NCBI GenBank assembly: GCA_036785375.1
Contig: JAWMAR010000506.1
Span: 248,001-312,000, forward strand
Reading direction: 5' to 3'
From: Leucoraja ocellata
Taxonomy: Eukaryota
DNA length: 64,000 bases
The translations under genes and the position numbers were made by a program. Every line of letters starts with the position of its first letter. Positions within the stretch are counted from its first letter, which is position 1. The notes below the pieces were generated by a model, which was given only the letters and a program-made list of their open reading frames with translations, ran no database searches and was not told the origin of the DNA. Below are positions 38,675 to 50,690 of this stretch, in pieces.

Positions 38675-39355
38675 TGATGAAATGCGATCGGATGCGGATG
38701 AGCTGCATGCAATCTTGATTTGGGTTATATAATATTTTTGGAGAGTGAATTGTTGTGATGGCGTAGATCCGGGATCATTCAACCAGGATCTTTGCTGATG
38801 CAACAGCGCTGAGAGGTTTCCCCATGAGAAATGCCGTACAGTCTCGGGCTGTTCGGGAGCCAGGAGTCTTGCTGCGTTCAATTATTTTTAATGTATATAT
38901 TTAACCCAAGTGTGCTATGCATTACTCTTTTGCCTTAAACATTCGGTTCCAATTAAAACCTAACCCAAATCGCACAAAACAATGTATTTTTAACATTTCT
39001 GTTTTAATTTAGATTTCCAACACCTGAAGTTTTTGTTTTATTAATTTTCACAAAACATTATTTTCGGTCGTTCTGAAACTTAAGGCTCTAACATTAAATC
39101 GCTGTGATTTTAAACTCTAGCATCGTAATCGTTCTAATTTTGGTACTTGTGTTGCGTGAGACTTATTGACTTTTTTTACCAGTGAAGTGAAATCAAAGAG
39201 GAAAACATCTACTTATCAGACTGTATAATTGTAAGTAGAATTAATATAGAAAGTCTTCCCGGTTCAAAAAATCACACGTGATGAAGGTTTTCTGCAGGCG
39301 TCCTTGAAATTTGAATCTGAGAAAATTGAGTTGAGGCAATTCCACATGATGTAAT
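38675..39355 (+). promoter_or_regulatory. Three C/EBP-ATF response elements (TGATGxAAx) in PHGDH intron 1
   Basis: TGATGAAAT 38675-38683, TGATGCAAC 38796-38804, TGATGTAAT 39347-39355. Confidence 0.55.
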
Positions 39356-40351
39356 TTGTAATTACCGATTGATGTTAAAGGTGTACGTTGTTTTTTTTCC
39401 CTGTTGACTCCTTTACCTTCCCACTCTTCCATTCTCATTTCATCGTCACCTGTGCTGTTCCTCGGTGGGGGGGGGGGGGGGGGGGGTAATAGGAATGTTC
39501 GGTATTCCGACTGCGCATGCCCAGGTCATAGGTCACTGGAGATAAACATGCTCGGCAGCTGTGCTGCTGCGTGTATGCAGACCTGTGATTCATCCGTAGT
39601 CAGGTTCGAACCGGGTCTCCGGCGCTGCAAGTGCTGTTGAATTGCAACTGGAGTTAGCGACACTAGTTCTCCCTTCTCCACTGGTCCATGCAAAAATCTC
39701 AGCAGTGACAATCTAATGAATCATTTTCTCCCCCTCAGCCTGGGAGTATGGGTTCCACTCTCACTCGGGCTGCCCTCCCGGGTTATACAGGGTTATTATA
39801 CAGGGGCGAACCACGCACCCCTCTTCTGCATAACACCAGGAGGCAGATTTGTGAGTAGAGTCTCACTACCGTCCCCTCCCGTGTGTCCCATCCCTGTCCA
39901 GGGGCGGCCAGAGATGTCCGGGGTGACCCTGGTCTGACGGGACAGAGGCCCGGAGCAGTGGAGCCCCAGGCTAGCGCGGTGAAGAAGCGTTAACTCCAGA
40001 TCAACTCTGCTCCAACTCCCGAGGAACCCGTTCCCCGACGGGCCGGGGACCGTCAGCTGCACCTCTCGCCTTATCCAGTGGCTATCGGTTAACCCCCTCT
40101 GTGCCGGCGAAAGCCGAGCACCAGTCATCAACGGGGATACACACAAAATGCTGCATTAACTCAGCGGGTCAGGCAACATTTCTGGAGAAGGGTCTCGACC
40201 CGAAACGTCACCTATTCTTTTTCTCCAAAGATGCTGCCTGTCTCACAGAGTTACTCCAGCACATTGTGTCTACCTTCGGTGTAAGCCAGCATCTGCAGTT
40301 CCTTCCTACAGAGCTACGTCTGGTAAAGGCGAGGTGGCGGGGACAGAGCTG

Positions 40352-40425
40352 TGGAGAGGGATGGGAAGATAGATGGGGAGAGGGATGGGAAGATAGATGG
40401 GGAGAGGGATGGGAAGAGAGATGGG
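40352..40425 (+). repeat. 24-bp purine-rich minisatellite, 3 copies
   Basis: (ggagagggatgggaagatagatgg)x3. Confidence 0.85.
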
Positions 40426-41194
40426 GGGGGGGGAAACTCGCTATCGCGGCTTCACTGCAGGTCCTGTACACCCCGTCTCCGCAAGAACTCCCCGGCGCCA
40501 GGACAATCTCTCCGCCATCCCATCTCTCCCGGACTGAAGGGAGGGACTGGGGGACATTGGCCGCCTCTGCAACCAACATGCAAACCCTGGCACTCCCTGC
40601 GGAATGTTAAACTAAACACATCTGTGAGCAAAACACAAACACGCATGTCTTTCACCCCTCTTCTCTCTCCCCCACCACTCACCGTCTCTCTGCCGGTCCA
40701 GTCTCTCCCTCGCTCTCCCACTCACATCTTCCCCTCTCTCTCTCGCTGTTCCACCCTGCTCTCCCGCTGCTTGGCACCACCGTTCGCTTTTTTTTCTCCA
40801 ATGAACTTTGACAAATCCCATGATTCCTTGCGTTTTTCGGAATACCAAACTTGCTTATTGTGAAGAACAGTGGTTTGTTGGTCGTTTCACTTGTCCCGGG
40901 GAGATGGATAACCTCTTGCTGGAATAGAGTCAAAGCATCAGCCAGCTATTTCCACTCTATCATAAGGCCCTTCGTTTTTCCAAGCCCCCTTATTTATTTT
41001 CCTTTTGTTGCCCCTTATTTTCTTCTTCCATACTAATTTTATTTTTATTTGTGGGGATCCTACCAGCTGGTCTTGGTGTCTTATATGTTCCCGTGGCTCC
41101 ACTTTCCATATAGTTTACTGTTTTCTGAATAGCAGGTAAATATATAGGAACAGCTTAATTAAATAAATCTGCATTGAAATGAGAAAAAAACATC

Positions 41195-42965
41195 TAGTTA
41201 GTAACATTGTTGATGCAGTGTCATCATCTCTGCCTCTGCCCTCTCTCTGCCTCTGCTCTCTCTCTCTCTCTCTCTACCCCCCTCCCTCTCTAGCCGCGCC
41301 TGCGAGTTTAGGGCTATGCGTGAGTGGATAGAGTGGGGGATGGGGTAAAAGGAGCGAATGAATAACATTAATATAATATCAATGGGGGGTGGTAGTGTGT
41401 CACGCAGCAGATAGCCAGACGCAACGGATCCCACTTGGTCTACTAAATAACTCTAAAATCAGATCTTGTATGTGTGTGTTTTTACTTCTTCGCGAAAAAA
41501 CTACGCGGTAATGATAACATTTTTACATATTCTAGTTGACATTTTTCCCGTCGAGTAAAATCACTTTATCTGACCATTTCGTGCTTTATTTCTTGACATT
41601 ACTGAAAATGTAAAAAAAAAATGAAAAGACTGAATTTAAATGACGAGCTTCCGCTGATGACGTCACAATGGGTCTGCTTGATGCCGTCTCACACACAGAA
41701 TCTACCACGCGCTTCGAGTGACATCTTCCTCTCTGCCCTTTCTCTCTACCCCCCTCCCTCTCCGTCTCTAGCCGCGCCTGCGGAGTTGGGGGCTATGCGT
41801 GAGTGGATAGGCCGGGAGATGGGGTAAAAGGAGCGAATGAATAATATTAATATAATATAAAGGGGGGGCTAGTGTGTGCGTGTGCAGGGTGGTTAGTGTG
41901 TGTGACGCCGCAGGCTCCCCGCCCACCCCCCCCCCCCCCACCCCGCAACTGCACGTTGAGGGGAAGGGAACCAACGGTTCTCACTTGGACTATTACTTAT
42001 TAAAACTCTGATCTTGTACGTGTCTATGTGTATATATATGTGTGTCTTTACATCATCGTGAAAAAACTACACGGTAACGATAACATTTTTACATATTTTG
42101 GTTGGCATTTTTTCCGTCGAGGCCGGGACACCTTCTCTGAACATATCATGCTTTATTTTTCGACATTACTGAAAATGTTTAAAAATATCACAAAACTTTG
42201 AATTTTAAACGACGAGCTTTCACTGATGACGTCACAATGGCTCTTCCACAGAATCTTCCACGCGCTTCGAGTCATCCCCCCTCACATTTTTACATATTCC
42301 AGTTGACATTTTTCCCGTCTAGGCCGGGAACACCTTATCTGAACATTTCATGCTTTATTTCTCAACTTATTTTCGAGTCATTACTGATTAAGTCAAAAGA
42401 CTTTGAAATTAAAATCACCAGCTTCAAATGATGACGTCACAATGGCTCTGCTAGCAGAGACAAGCATCAATGATTGTGTCATCATCCTATATTTTACACA
42501 TTATTCGCGATTAAAACTTTAAAAAATGCCAACTTTCACAAGACTTCTCCATATTCTGATTCGCATTTTTCACCTCGAGTCAGAGATCACTTTCACTGAA
42601 CATTTTATGCTTTATTTCTCGACTTATTACTGATTAATTACCTTGAATTTCAAACCGACCAGCTTCAAATTATGACGTCTGTAAATTTCAAACTGACCAG
42701 TTTCAGCTGATGACATCACAATGGCAGCTTGAACTGACGACATCACAATGTATAGACTAGGAGGGGGATGGATAATTGCTATTGCATCACGCAGGGCAAG
42801 TGCAATTGGAATTTTTTATAAATAGCACAGCTGATGGAGGCAAGGGGAGTGCTGGAATCTTACGTTCTGGAACGGCTTGAGTTGGTGGACAGCACCTCAC
42901 GTGGGGGCTACGGGTAGGGAAGGGTGCGTTGGGGGAGCAGATCCACGGGTCTGTACTTGGTCTAG
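41195..42965 (+). mobile_element. Tandem array of three Helitron-like units
   Basis: Each unit ends in a hairpin plus acttggtctag-like terminus (~41443, ~41993, 42965). Shared internal blocks; units 2 and 3 start with aaaa(ctc)tgatcttgt-like sequence. Confidence 0.72.
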
Positions 42966-43090
42966 TAAAATCTAAAATGTATTATTTCAAATTCTATAAT
43001 AAGAAAACTGCTTGTAGTTCTGTTCGAGAGACTTTTAGTAAAATATATTATCAAATGAGAGTAATAATGCATTGTTTTTATTGTTATTAG

Positions 43091-43242
43091 GACTATGATG
43101 GACTTATAATCCGTTCGGGAACAAAGGTTACAGCTGATGTAATAAATGCTGCCAAGAATCTGAAGATAATTGGTCGGGCAGGAACAGGAGTGGATAATGT
43201 GGACATTGATGCTTCAACAAGGAATGGAATTATTGTGATGAA
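43091..43242 (+). CDS. PHGDH: PHGDH exon 2
   Basis: ttattag| acceptor, [52 protein letters not shown]|gtatgc donor; 152 nt. Confidence 0.96.
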
Positions 43243-43435
43243 GTATGCACAATTTAATTATTTAAAAGTTCAAAAAGACTGAGCGTATTAGATTTTCAAT
43301 AATCTGCATAAAATAATTAGCTTTATAACGGATACAACATTTAGGATTACTTTTTGAAATATTTGAGCATATTCTTTAACAGTAGTAAAATGTACCAAAA
43401 AATGTCTACACTCGTAAAGTACTAAAGTCAATGAA

Positions 43436-43725
43436 GGGGTGGCACAGAGTTGCTGCCTTACAGTACCAGAGACTGTGTTTGAACCTGGCTCTGGATGCCG
43501 ACTGTACAGTTTCTACATTCACCCTGTGACCGTGTGGGTTTTCTCGGGTGCTCTGGTTTCCTCCTACTCCACAGATGTACAGAAACATAGGTTAATTAGC
43601 TTCCGTTAAATTGTAAATTGTCCCTAGTGTGTAGGATAGTGCCAGTGTATGTGAGGGATTACTGGGTGATGCGGACTAAATGGGCTGAAGGGTCTGTTTC
43701 CACTCTGTGTCTCTAGAGTCTAAAG
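43436..43725 (+). mobile_element. HE1-type V-SINE
   Basis: Same tRNA head, V-domain and CR1-derived tail as 50064-50365. Confidence 0.8.
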
Positions 43726-43835
43726 TAGAGAGAAAGGTATTTTTAACTTTTTCACCAAACAGTCTAACCTTTCTTTTGAAACTTTTGCAATGTTCAAAAG
43801 ATCAGTAACTTTTTCGTAATTGTTTTTCTCCACAG

Positions 43836-43901
43836 CACACCAAATGGGAACACGATCAGTGCCGCTGAATTGACATGTGCAATGATCATGTGTTTGGCCA
43901 G
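43836..43901 (+). CDS. PHGDH: PHGDH exon 3
   Basis: ccacag| acceptor, (N)[23 protein letters not shown]|gtaagg donor; 66 nt. Confidence 0.96.
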
Positions 43902-44199
43902 GTAAGGCATTTTTTAACCAATGTAAATATCCTAATGCAAATTATATTAAAATAAAGCATTGTGAAAAACACATGATTAATAATGTTTGGCTTGGATCAC
44001 ACATTAATTTGCTAGTCAAAGCTAGTGTTGCATGCTGATAACCTTATCTTATTGGAGGTGCTTGTGCCCGCTTTTTACTGCTTCACTGCAAAATCTCTTC
44101 AGAGCATTCCCACTCTGAAGAAGTTCTGTGAGACCCTCTTTGTGATTCCTGCTGCTCTTCTGCTCTTTGACCATGTTCTAACCCAGACTTGCTTGCTAC

Positions 44200-45269
44200 C
44201 AAAGATCTTAGAGTGGAGCAAGATGGTTCATTCCGCGAAAAAGCCGTAGTAGGTGTTGGGTAATCTTCAGCGCCATTTCCGTAACCGGCTTCCGTCATGG
44301 CGTCAAACTAATTCAGGGAGATTCTGCTATATCAGGCTGAGAGATTAAAGGATAGACACAAAATGCAGTGGGTCAGGCGGCATTTCTGGACAAACGGAAT
44401 AGGTGACATTTCGGGTCAAGACCCGTCTTCAGACTGAGAGGGGAAAGAGGAACTCAAACCATCCTCCCCACCCCCCCCTCCCCCTTCCCTCCGACACGGA
44501 CACGGAGCGATCACCGGCCCCCCTTTTTTTTGTTAAACATCTATTTCTTTTGGGTGCTTTTTTTTTAAATTACCATTTCCATACTTTTTTGATAGCTGCC
44601 ATGACCTGTTTGATGTCATCCTTCGCCCTGCTCCTGGTCTCGGCCTGCACCGATCTGCCGGACATGCTGTGTGTGTGTGTGTGCGTGTGTTTGTTTGTTT
44701 GGCGGAGTCTGAGGGGAGAAGCGCCGGCACCAAGAGCGAGCGAACGCGCGGACAGACGGACGAAAACAAACGGGTCATGGCAGCTATCGAAAAAGTCGAC
44801 CCGAAATATCACCTAGTCCTTTTCTCCAGAGATGCTACCTGATCCGCTGATTTACTCCAGCCTTTTATGTCTGGATTCGGTTTAAACCAGCATCTGCAGT
44901 TTCTCCCTGTACAAGGTATGTGCCGTTTTCGTGTGTAGTATCGTGTGTCCAGTCAGATTTGGCTTCCAGTCAGATTAACAATCACGCAAGTTTCCACACA
45001 CACACTTACTTCAACAAATAGCGACCAAGGCAGTGCTGACAGTGATGGGGGAAATTGATCAGGGTTTACTGCATTTAAAATTAAAAATTAAAAAAACATT
45101 TAAGACATTTAAAAACACACAAACTCTTCCCCCGCAACGCTCGTCATTACACCGCGAGAGGCATAACTGAAGTCGGGTTTACTGAAATGGCGGAAGTTAC
45201 TCTCCGGTTACACGTCAGTCCATTGGATTTTGCAGGAGTGGACCATCTTGCTCCGCTCTAAGATCTTTG
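44200..45269. mobile_element. hAT-type non-autonomous DNA transposon
   Basis: About 40-bp TIRs caaagatcttagagtggagcaagatggt and accatcttgctccgctctaagatctttg. 8-bp TSD cttgctac (44192-44199) and ctggctac (45270-45277). Confidence 0.85.
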
Positions 45270-46590
45270 CTGGCTACCAGTCTGAAGATGGGTCCGACTC
45301 AAAATTTTGTCTGTTCATTCCCTCAGCACATTCTTCTTGACCCTTCACCACCTTGAATTTTGCTCAAGGTTCCAGCATCTGCCGTTTCTTATGTCTCCCC
45401 CTTATAATAATCTTTTGACGTGCTACTGTGTGAAATAGTATTAGTAGCAAGGACAGAATTGAATGGAAAGTATTGCTCAATATGTGTATATATTCTAAAC
45501 ACAAAATCACACCTTTTAAAATTCTCATTGGTTGATTGAAATTTTATATTTATGAAATGTGTAAACTTGTTTGTTAATCTTGATATTCAGCTGTTTAGTG
45601 TGTTCCCTTCTGTAGTTCTGATAATATATTTCTCATATTTATTTACTGTTTGTTTCCTGCAGTCCCTTGCACCTTCACTGTCCTCTGCAATTTAGCTTTA
45701 TTTTTTTCCATTTGTTGGCATTCAGCTGTTGGCAAGCAGCCCTGTTTTATTTGGGGAAACTTTTTTTATTAAGATATCTGCAGTTTTACTTGATGATGCT
45801 TTTGATCTTTTTGCTGTCTATAGTCTCTGTCTTGTACTGGAAGGAACTGAAAAGAAGCATTTTGTATCTATTTTCAGTATAAACCAGCATCTGAAGGAAC
45901 TACAGATGCTGGTTTATACTGAAAATAGATACAAAATGTTGGAGTTACTCCACAGGTCGGGCAGCATCACTGGAGAAAAGGAGTAGGTGATGTTTCGGGT
46001 CGGAACCCTTCAGCTTTCAGCCTGAAGAAGGGTTCTGAGCCGAAACGTCACCAATTTCTTTTCCCCAGAGATGCTGCCTGACCTGCAGTTTCTATCTTGT
46101 ATCTGTTTCAGTGTGAAGAGCATAAGCTTAGAAGATAAGCTGATAATATCCTAAAAGCCAGTTTTGCGTTCATATTATTTTAAAGAATTTTTTCAAACAA
46201 CACAACTGCTTGCATCTTGATCCAAATCATTTGTCTTTTATTGAAAATCAAAAATCTGCAGATGCTGGGAATATCAAGTAAAACAGAAAATTATGGCCTG
46301 AAGAGTCCAACATGTTTCTCCTTCTACAGATGCTACCTAACCTGCTGAGTGTTTCTAGAAAATAAGACACAAAATGTTGAAGTAATCCAGTGGGTCAGGT
46401 ACCATCTCTGGAGGACATGGATTGGCAATGTCTCTGTTTGGAACCCTTCTTCAGTACTTTGTCTCCATTTCTATTGTCTTGTGCTCCTGTTTTGAACTGG
46501 ACAATTGTTTAACATTAGTGAATATTTACAGCTATTTTCTTTGCTTTTCATCTGTGATAAATTAAAATGAAAATTAATTTGCTATTGTAG

Positions 46591-46645
46591 GAAAATTCCT
46601 CAAGGGGCTGCTTCCATGAGAGCTGGAAATTGGGAGAGAAAGAAG
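46591..46645 (+). CDS. PHGDH: PHGDH exon 4
   Basis: ttgtag| acceptor, (R)KIPQGAASMRAGNWERKK, |gtgagg donor; 55 nt. Confidence 0.95.
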
Positions 46646-46917
46646 GTGAGGTAGCGGTATGAATTATTTCAAGAACACAAACGAGTGGCTCAAAATTGTA
46701 AGGGGGAAATGATCCTTTGAATTTTGAAACTTTGCTAATAACAGGTTGGCTAGAACATTGCCTTATTAGCGCATGCAGAATTCAAACTGCATATGTTTAT
46801 CGAGAAATAAAATGTGTACGGTGCTTTAGACCTGACAGGCAAAAAGTTTATGTGCGATAGTTTTGATAATAAAAAGTCAATGGGAAGCCTGTGCATCAAC
46901 ATCAATGCATTTTGGAA

Positions 46918-47200
46918 CACAGCGCAGAGATAGAGTTGAAGCCTTGCAGCTCCAGAGACTCGGATTCGATCCTGACTACGGGTGCTGCCTGTACGCAGTT
47001 TGTACATTCTACCTGTGATCGCGTGGTTTTCTGCAGGGTTTCCTCCCACGCTCCTAAAATGTACAGGTTTATCGGTTAGTTTGCTTCTGTAAATTGTAAA
47101 TTGTCCCTAGTGTGTAGGACAGGGCTAGCGTACAGGGTGATCGCTGGTTGGCACTGACTCGATGTGCCGAAGGCCCTGTTTCCACACTGTATCTCCAAAG
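46918..47200 (+). mobile_element. HE1-type V-SINE
   Basis: B-box ggattcgatcc, V-domain, and gccgaaggccctgtttcc tail. Confidence 0.82.
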
Positions 47201-47261
47201 TCTGATGTTTTCTTGCTTTGAAGACTGTGATGTGACCAAATTTTCCTGATCTTATTCCTAG

Positions 47262-47360
47262 TTCATGGGCATGGAGCTGTATGGGAAAACTCTTGGAATT
47301 GTGGGACTTGGAAGAATTGGCAAAGAAGTAGCAACCAGAATGCAGTCCTTTGGAATGAAG
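47262..47360 (+). CDS. PHGDH: PHGDH exon 5 (Rossmann GxGxxG)
   Basis: cctag| acceptor, [33 protein letters not shown], |gtaatg donor; 99 nt. Confidence 0.97.
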
Positions 47361-48354
47361 GTAATGCCACTGTATGGTGGAACTTGGGAGTTCGGCTATT
47401 TAAAATAAATAAGGCAACCAGACTTGTTTTATCAGCACTTTATTACATTTCATTCTTAAATATTTCACAAAATAAATCTTTTTTTTCCCTTTAGAGATGA
47501 CATTGCAGAAAATGAATACAAAGTGAAATCTGTGTCCAAAGCCTGTAATGGTTGAATGGATAAATTGACCACTTGGAATGTGTGGGGTTAACAAGAAAGT
47601 TTATACCATACGGTTTCATAGATACAAAACATACACAATAAGTTTTGACAACATTTTGTGTTTATGTAGCATCAACAAAGAAATGCCTAAAGAGATTTCA
47701 AGTAAAGTGAAACCAAGGCCAAAAAGGATTAAGAGGCAGTTACCTAAACCAAATCAAACATAGAAACATAGAAATAGAAAATAGGTGCAGGAGTAGGCCA
47801 TTCGGCCCTTCGAGGGATCAAGGGATGGTCTTTGAGTTTAGTTGAGAAATTGAGAAAACCACCATGTAAACATGTCCTTTGCCCATCCAGTCCACAGCGA
47901 TCATCGGCTACCTGTTTACAATAGTTCTATGTTATCCCACTTTCCCACTCCTGACCCTCTGCAGATATTTTACAAAAGCCAATTAAGCTGCAAAATGGTC
48001 TTTTGAGGAATGTCGATTCAGGGAATGCTTAATATGTTGATTTTGCATGCCTCATTTACAGAAAATTAATGTCTTCTGTGTTTCTGTGTGAACAACTAAA
48101 CATTCATCTCTCTCCGCCGCCCCCTCCCCTTCATAACCTCGATTCATGTTAGTACATGGAGGAGGACATTCGCTTCAATGACAATTAATTTATTATTCTT
48201 TGCTGCATTCAAGGATAAAAATAGCACTGTAAAACTGTGAAATATCTTAAAATATCAGGATGGTGTATAATCTGTTTAAGAAGACTAAAGTATTCAAGCC
48301 AATTTTGCTCATCTTTCACGAAAAGTCGTTTTGATATCTACAACATAGATGTTT

Positions 48355-48487
48355 AAGAAATAACTGCAGATGCTGAAAAAATTGAAGGTAGACAAAAATG
48401 CTGGAGAAACTCAGCGGGTGAGACAACATCCATGGAGCGAATGAATAGGTGACGTTTCGGGTCGAGACCCTTCTTCAGATCCATCTC
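48355..48487 (-). mobile_element. Short PLE-derived hammerhead element with a 14-bp TSD
   Basis: TSD caacatagatgttt at 48341-48354 and 48488-48501. Intact core on the reverse complement: ctgaagaagggtctcgacccgaaacgtc. Confidence 0.85.
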
Positions 48488-48899
48488 CAACATAGATGTT
48501 TTGCGTTTAAATTTCTAAGTCCCTTTCTCCAGTCCCTCAGCACCGATAGAAATTGTGCTTGGCAGCTGAAAGTGTTATTTGGTATTGAGGGGAGATGTTC
48601 TCACTTGCTTGCACGTTGGGGTTGGGGTTGGGGTTTTTATTCTTGCTGGAAACCCAGTTCTGGCACAAAATTCACCCCCATGGTATCAGATGGAGTGCAA
48701 CACTTTTCTTTCCTTCTGATGTTGTTTTAAGTCTTGCTAGTCAGAAAAAGCAGTTCCTGTTTACTCGTAGAACAATCAGCTTATGTTGCTGTTGTTTCCC
48801 ACCAAACAAAAACGGAATACCGTAAAACTGATCATCTGGCACCCTTGGAACCTTGGTAATGCTGAACAAGCAGATTTTTCAGACTACGCATGTTGGAAG

Positions 48900-50690
48900 A
48901 TAGAACCAAACAGCACTAAAACAAGCCCTTAGGCCCATGATGTCTACGCTGAACAAGATGCCAAATTAAACAAATTCCTTCTGCCTGCACATGACCAATA
49001 TTCCTCCATTCCCTGCCTGGCCATCTGCCTCTCCAAGTGCCTCTTGAATGCCACTATTGTATCTGCTTCCCCCTCCATCCCTGGCATCGGGCTTCAGGTT
49101 CCTACTACTTTCTGTTTAAAGCAAAACTGCTCCCACACATTTCCTTTAAACTGTCCCCCTCTGGCCGCTAATATTTGCCATTTCCACCCTTGAGAAAATA
49201 GATTCTGCGTGCCTCCCATAATTTTGTCAACTTTCTATCAGGTATCCCCTCTGCTATCAATGTTTCATAGAAAGTGATTCACGGTTGACAAACTTCCCCT
49301 TATAGATAATAACATCTAATTCAAATAGCACCCTCGTAAACCTCTTTTCTACCCTCGCCAAAGCCTCCACATTCTTCCTGAAATGCCATGACCAGAATTG
49401 CACACAATACTCCAAATGCAGCCTAAACAAAGTGTTATAAAACTGCAACATGACTTCCTGACTCTGGCACTCAATGGAAACTTGCCGTATGCCTTCTTTA
49501 CTACTCTCTACTCGTGTTGCTGCTTTCAGGGAACTATGGACATGGATCCCAAGATCCCTTCGTGCATCAGTACTCTTCAGGGTCTTGCATTAACTGCAAA
49601 CTTCCCTCCTAAAATGCAACACTTCACATTTGCCTGGAATAAAATCCAGCTGCCCTTTCTCGGCCCATATGTGCAACTGATCTATATCTCACTGCATCTT
49701 TTGGCAGCCTTCCTCACTGTCTGCAACTCCACTCATTTGTGTGCCATCTGCAAACTTAGTAACCAACTCAAGTACATTTTCATGTAAGTAATTTTGCAAA
49801 CAGGAGCCCCAGTACTGATCTGTGCAGAACGCCACTGGTCACAGATCTCCAGCCGGAAGGACACCTATCCACCACTTCCTTCTGTCTTCTCTAGGTATAA
49901 CATTTTTGAATCCAAACCACCAACTCACCATGGTTCCTATCCATCTCAATCTTCTAGATCAGCTTAACATGAAGTGCCTTCCTCTAGACCATGTAGACAA
50001 TATCTACTGCCCTATCCTCATCAGTGACCTTCGTTACCACCTCAAAAAACTCAATCAAGTTGAGGGGTGGCACGGTGGCGCCACGGTAGAGTTGCTGTCT
50101 TACAGCGCCAGAATCCTGATTTCGATCCTAAATATGGGTGCTGTCTGTATGGAGTTTGTACGTTCTCCCTGTGACCTGTGTGTCCGGGTGCTTTGGTTTC
50201 CTCCCACACTCCAAAGATGTACCGTTTTGTAGGCTAATTGGCTTTGGTAAAATTGTAAATTGTCGCTAGGGCATGTAGGATAGTGTTAGTTTGAAGGGAT
50301 CGCTGGTCGGCATAGACTCAATGGGCCAAAGGGCCTGTTTCTGCGCTGTATATCTAAACTAAACAAGTTTGTAAGACATGCACAAAGTCATGTTTACTGT
50401 CCCTAATTAACCCAATTCCCTTCCAAATGTGAACAAATGCTATCCCTAAGAAGCATCTCCAATAACTTCCCTACCACTGATGTGAGGATCACTGGCCTAT
50501 AATTCCCAGAATTATCCCTATTTCCTTAAACAAAGGAACAACATTGTCTACTCTTGGACCTCGCCCGTGGCAAGAGAGAATAGAAAGATCTTAGTCAAGG
50601 CCCCTGCAAACATCTCTCTTGCCTCTCTCAATAACCTGATATAAATCCTACCAGGCCCAAGGGATTTATCCATCTTGAGATCTTCAAAAG
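48900..50690 (-). mobile_element. CR1 LINE fragment with an HE1 SINE inserted (50064-50365, plus)
   Basis: LFRLHLEYCVQFWSWHFRKNVEAL. The SINE has A/B boxes (ggcacggtggcgcc, atttcgatcc) and is flanked by a duplicated caagtt. Confidence 0.82.

Noticed and set aside
38319-38708. 129-aa minus-strand ORF
   Set aside because: It is the antisense shadow of PHGDH exon 1 plus a poly-C run.
38639-39486. Long poly-C/poly-G homopolymers (also 4025-4042) as functional G-quadruplex elements
   Set aside because: These are simple homopolymer runs with unreliable length in assemblies and no other support.
50064-50140. tRNA gene
   Set aside because: The A/B boxes belong to the head of an HE1-type SINE that continues into the V-domain and LINE tail; there is no full cloverleaf.
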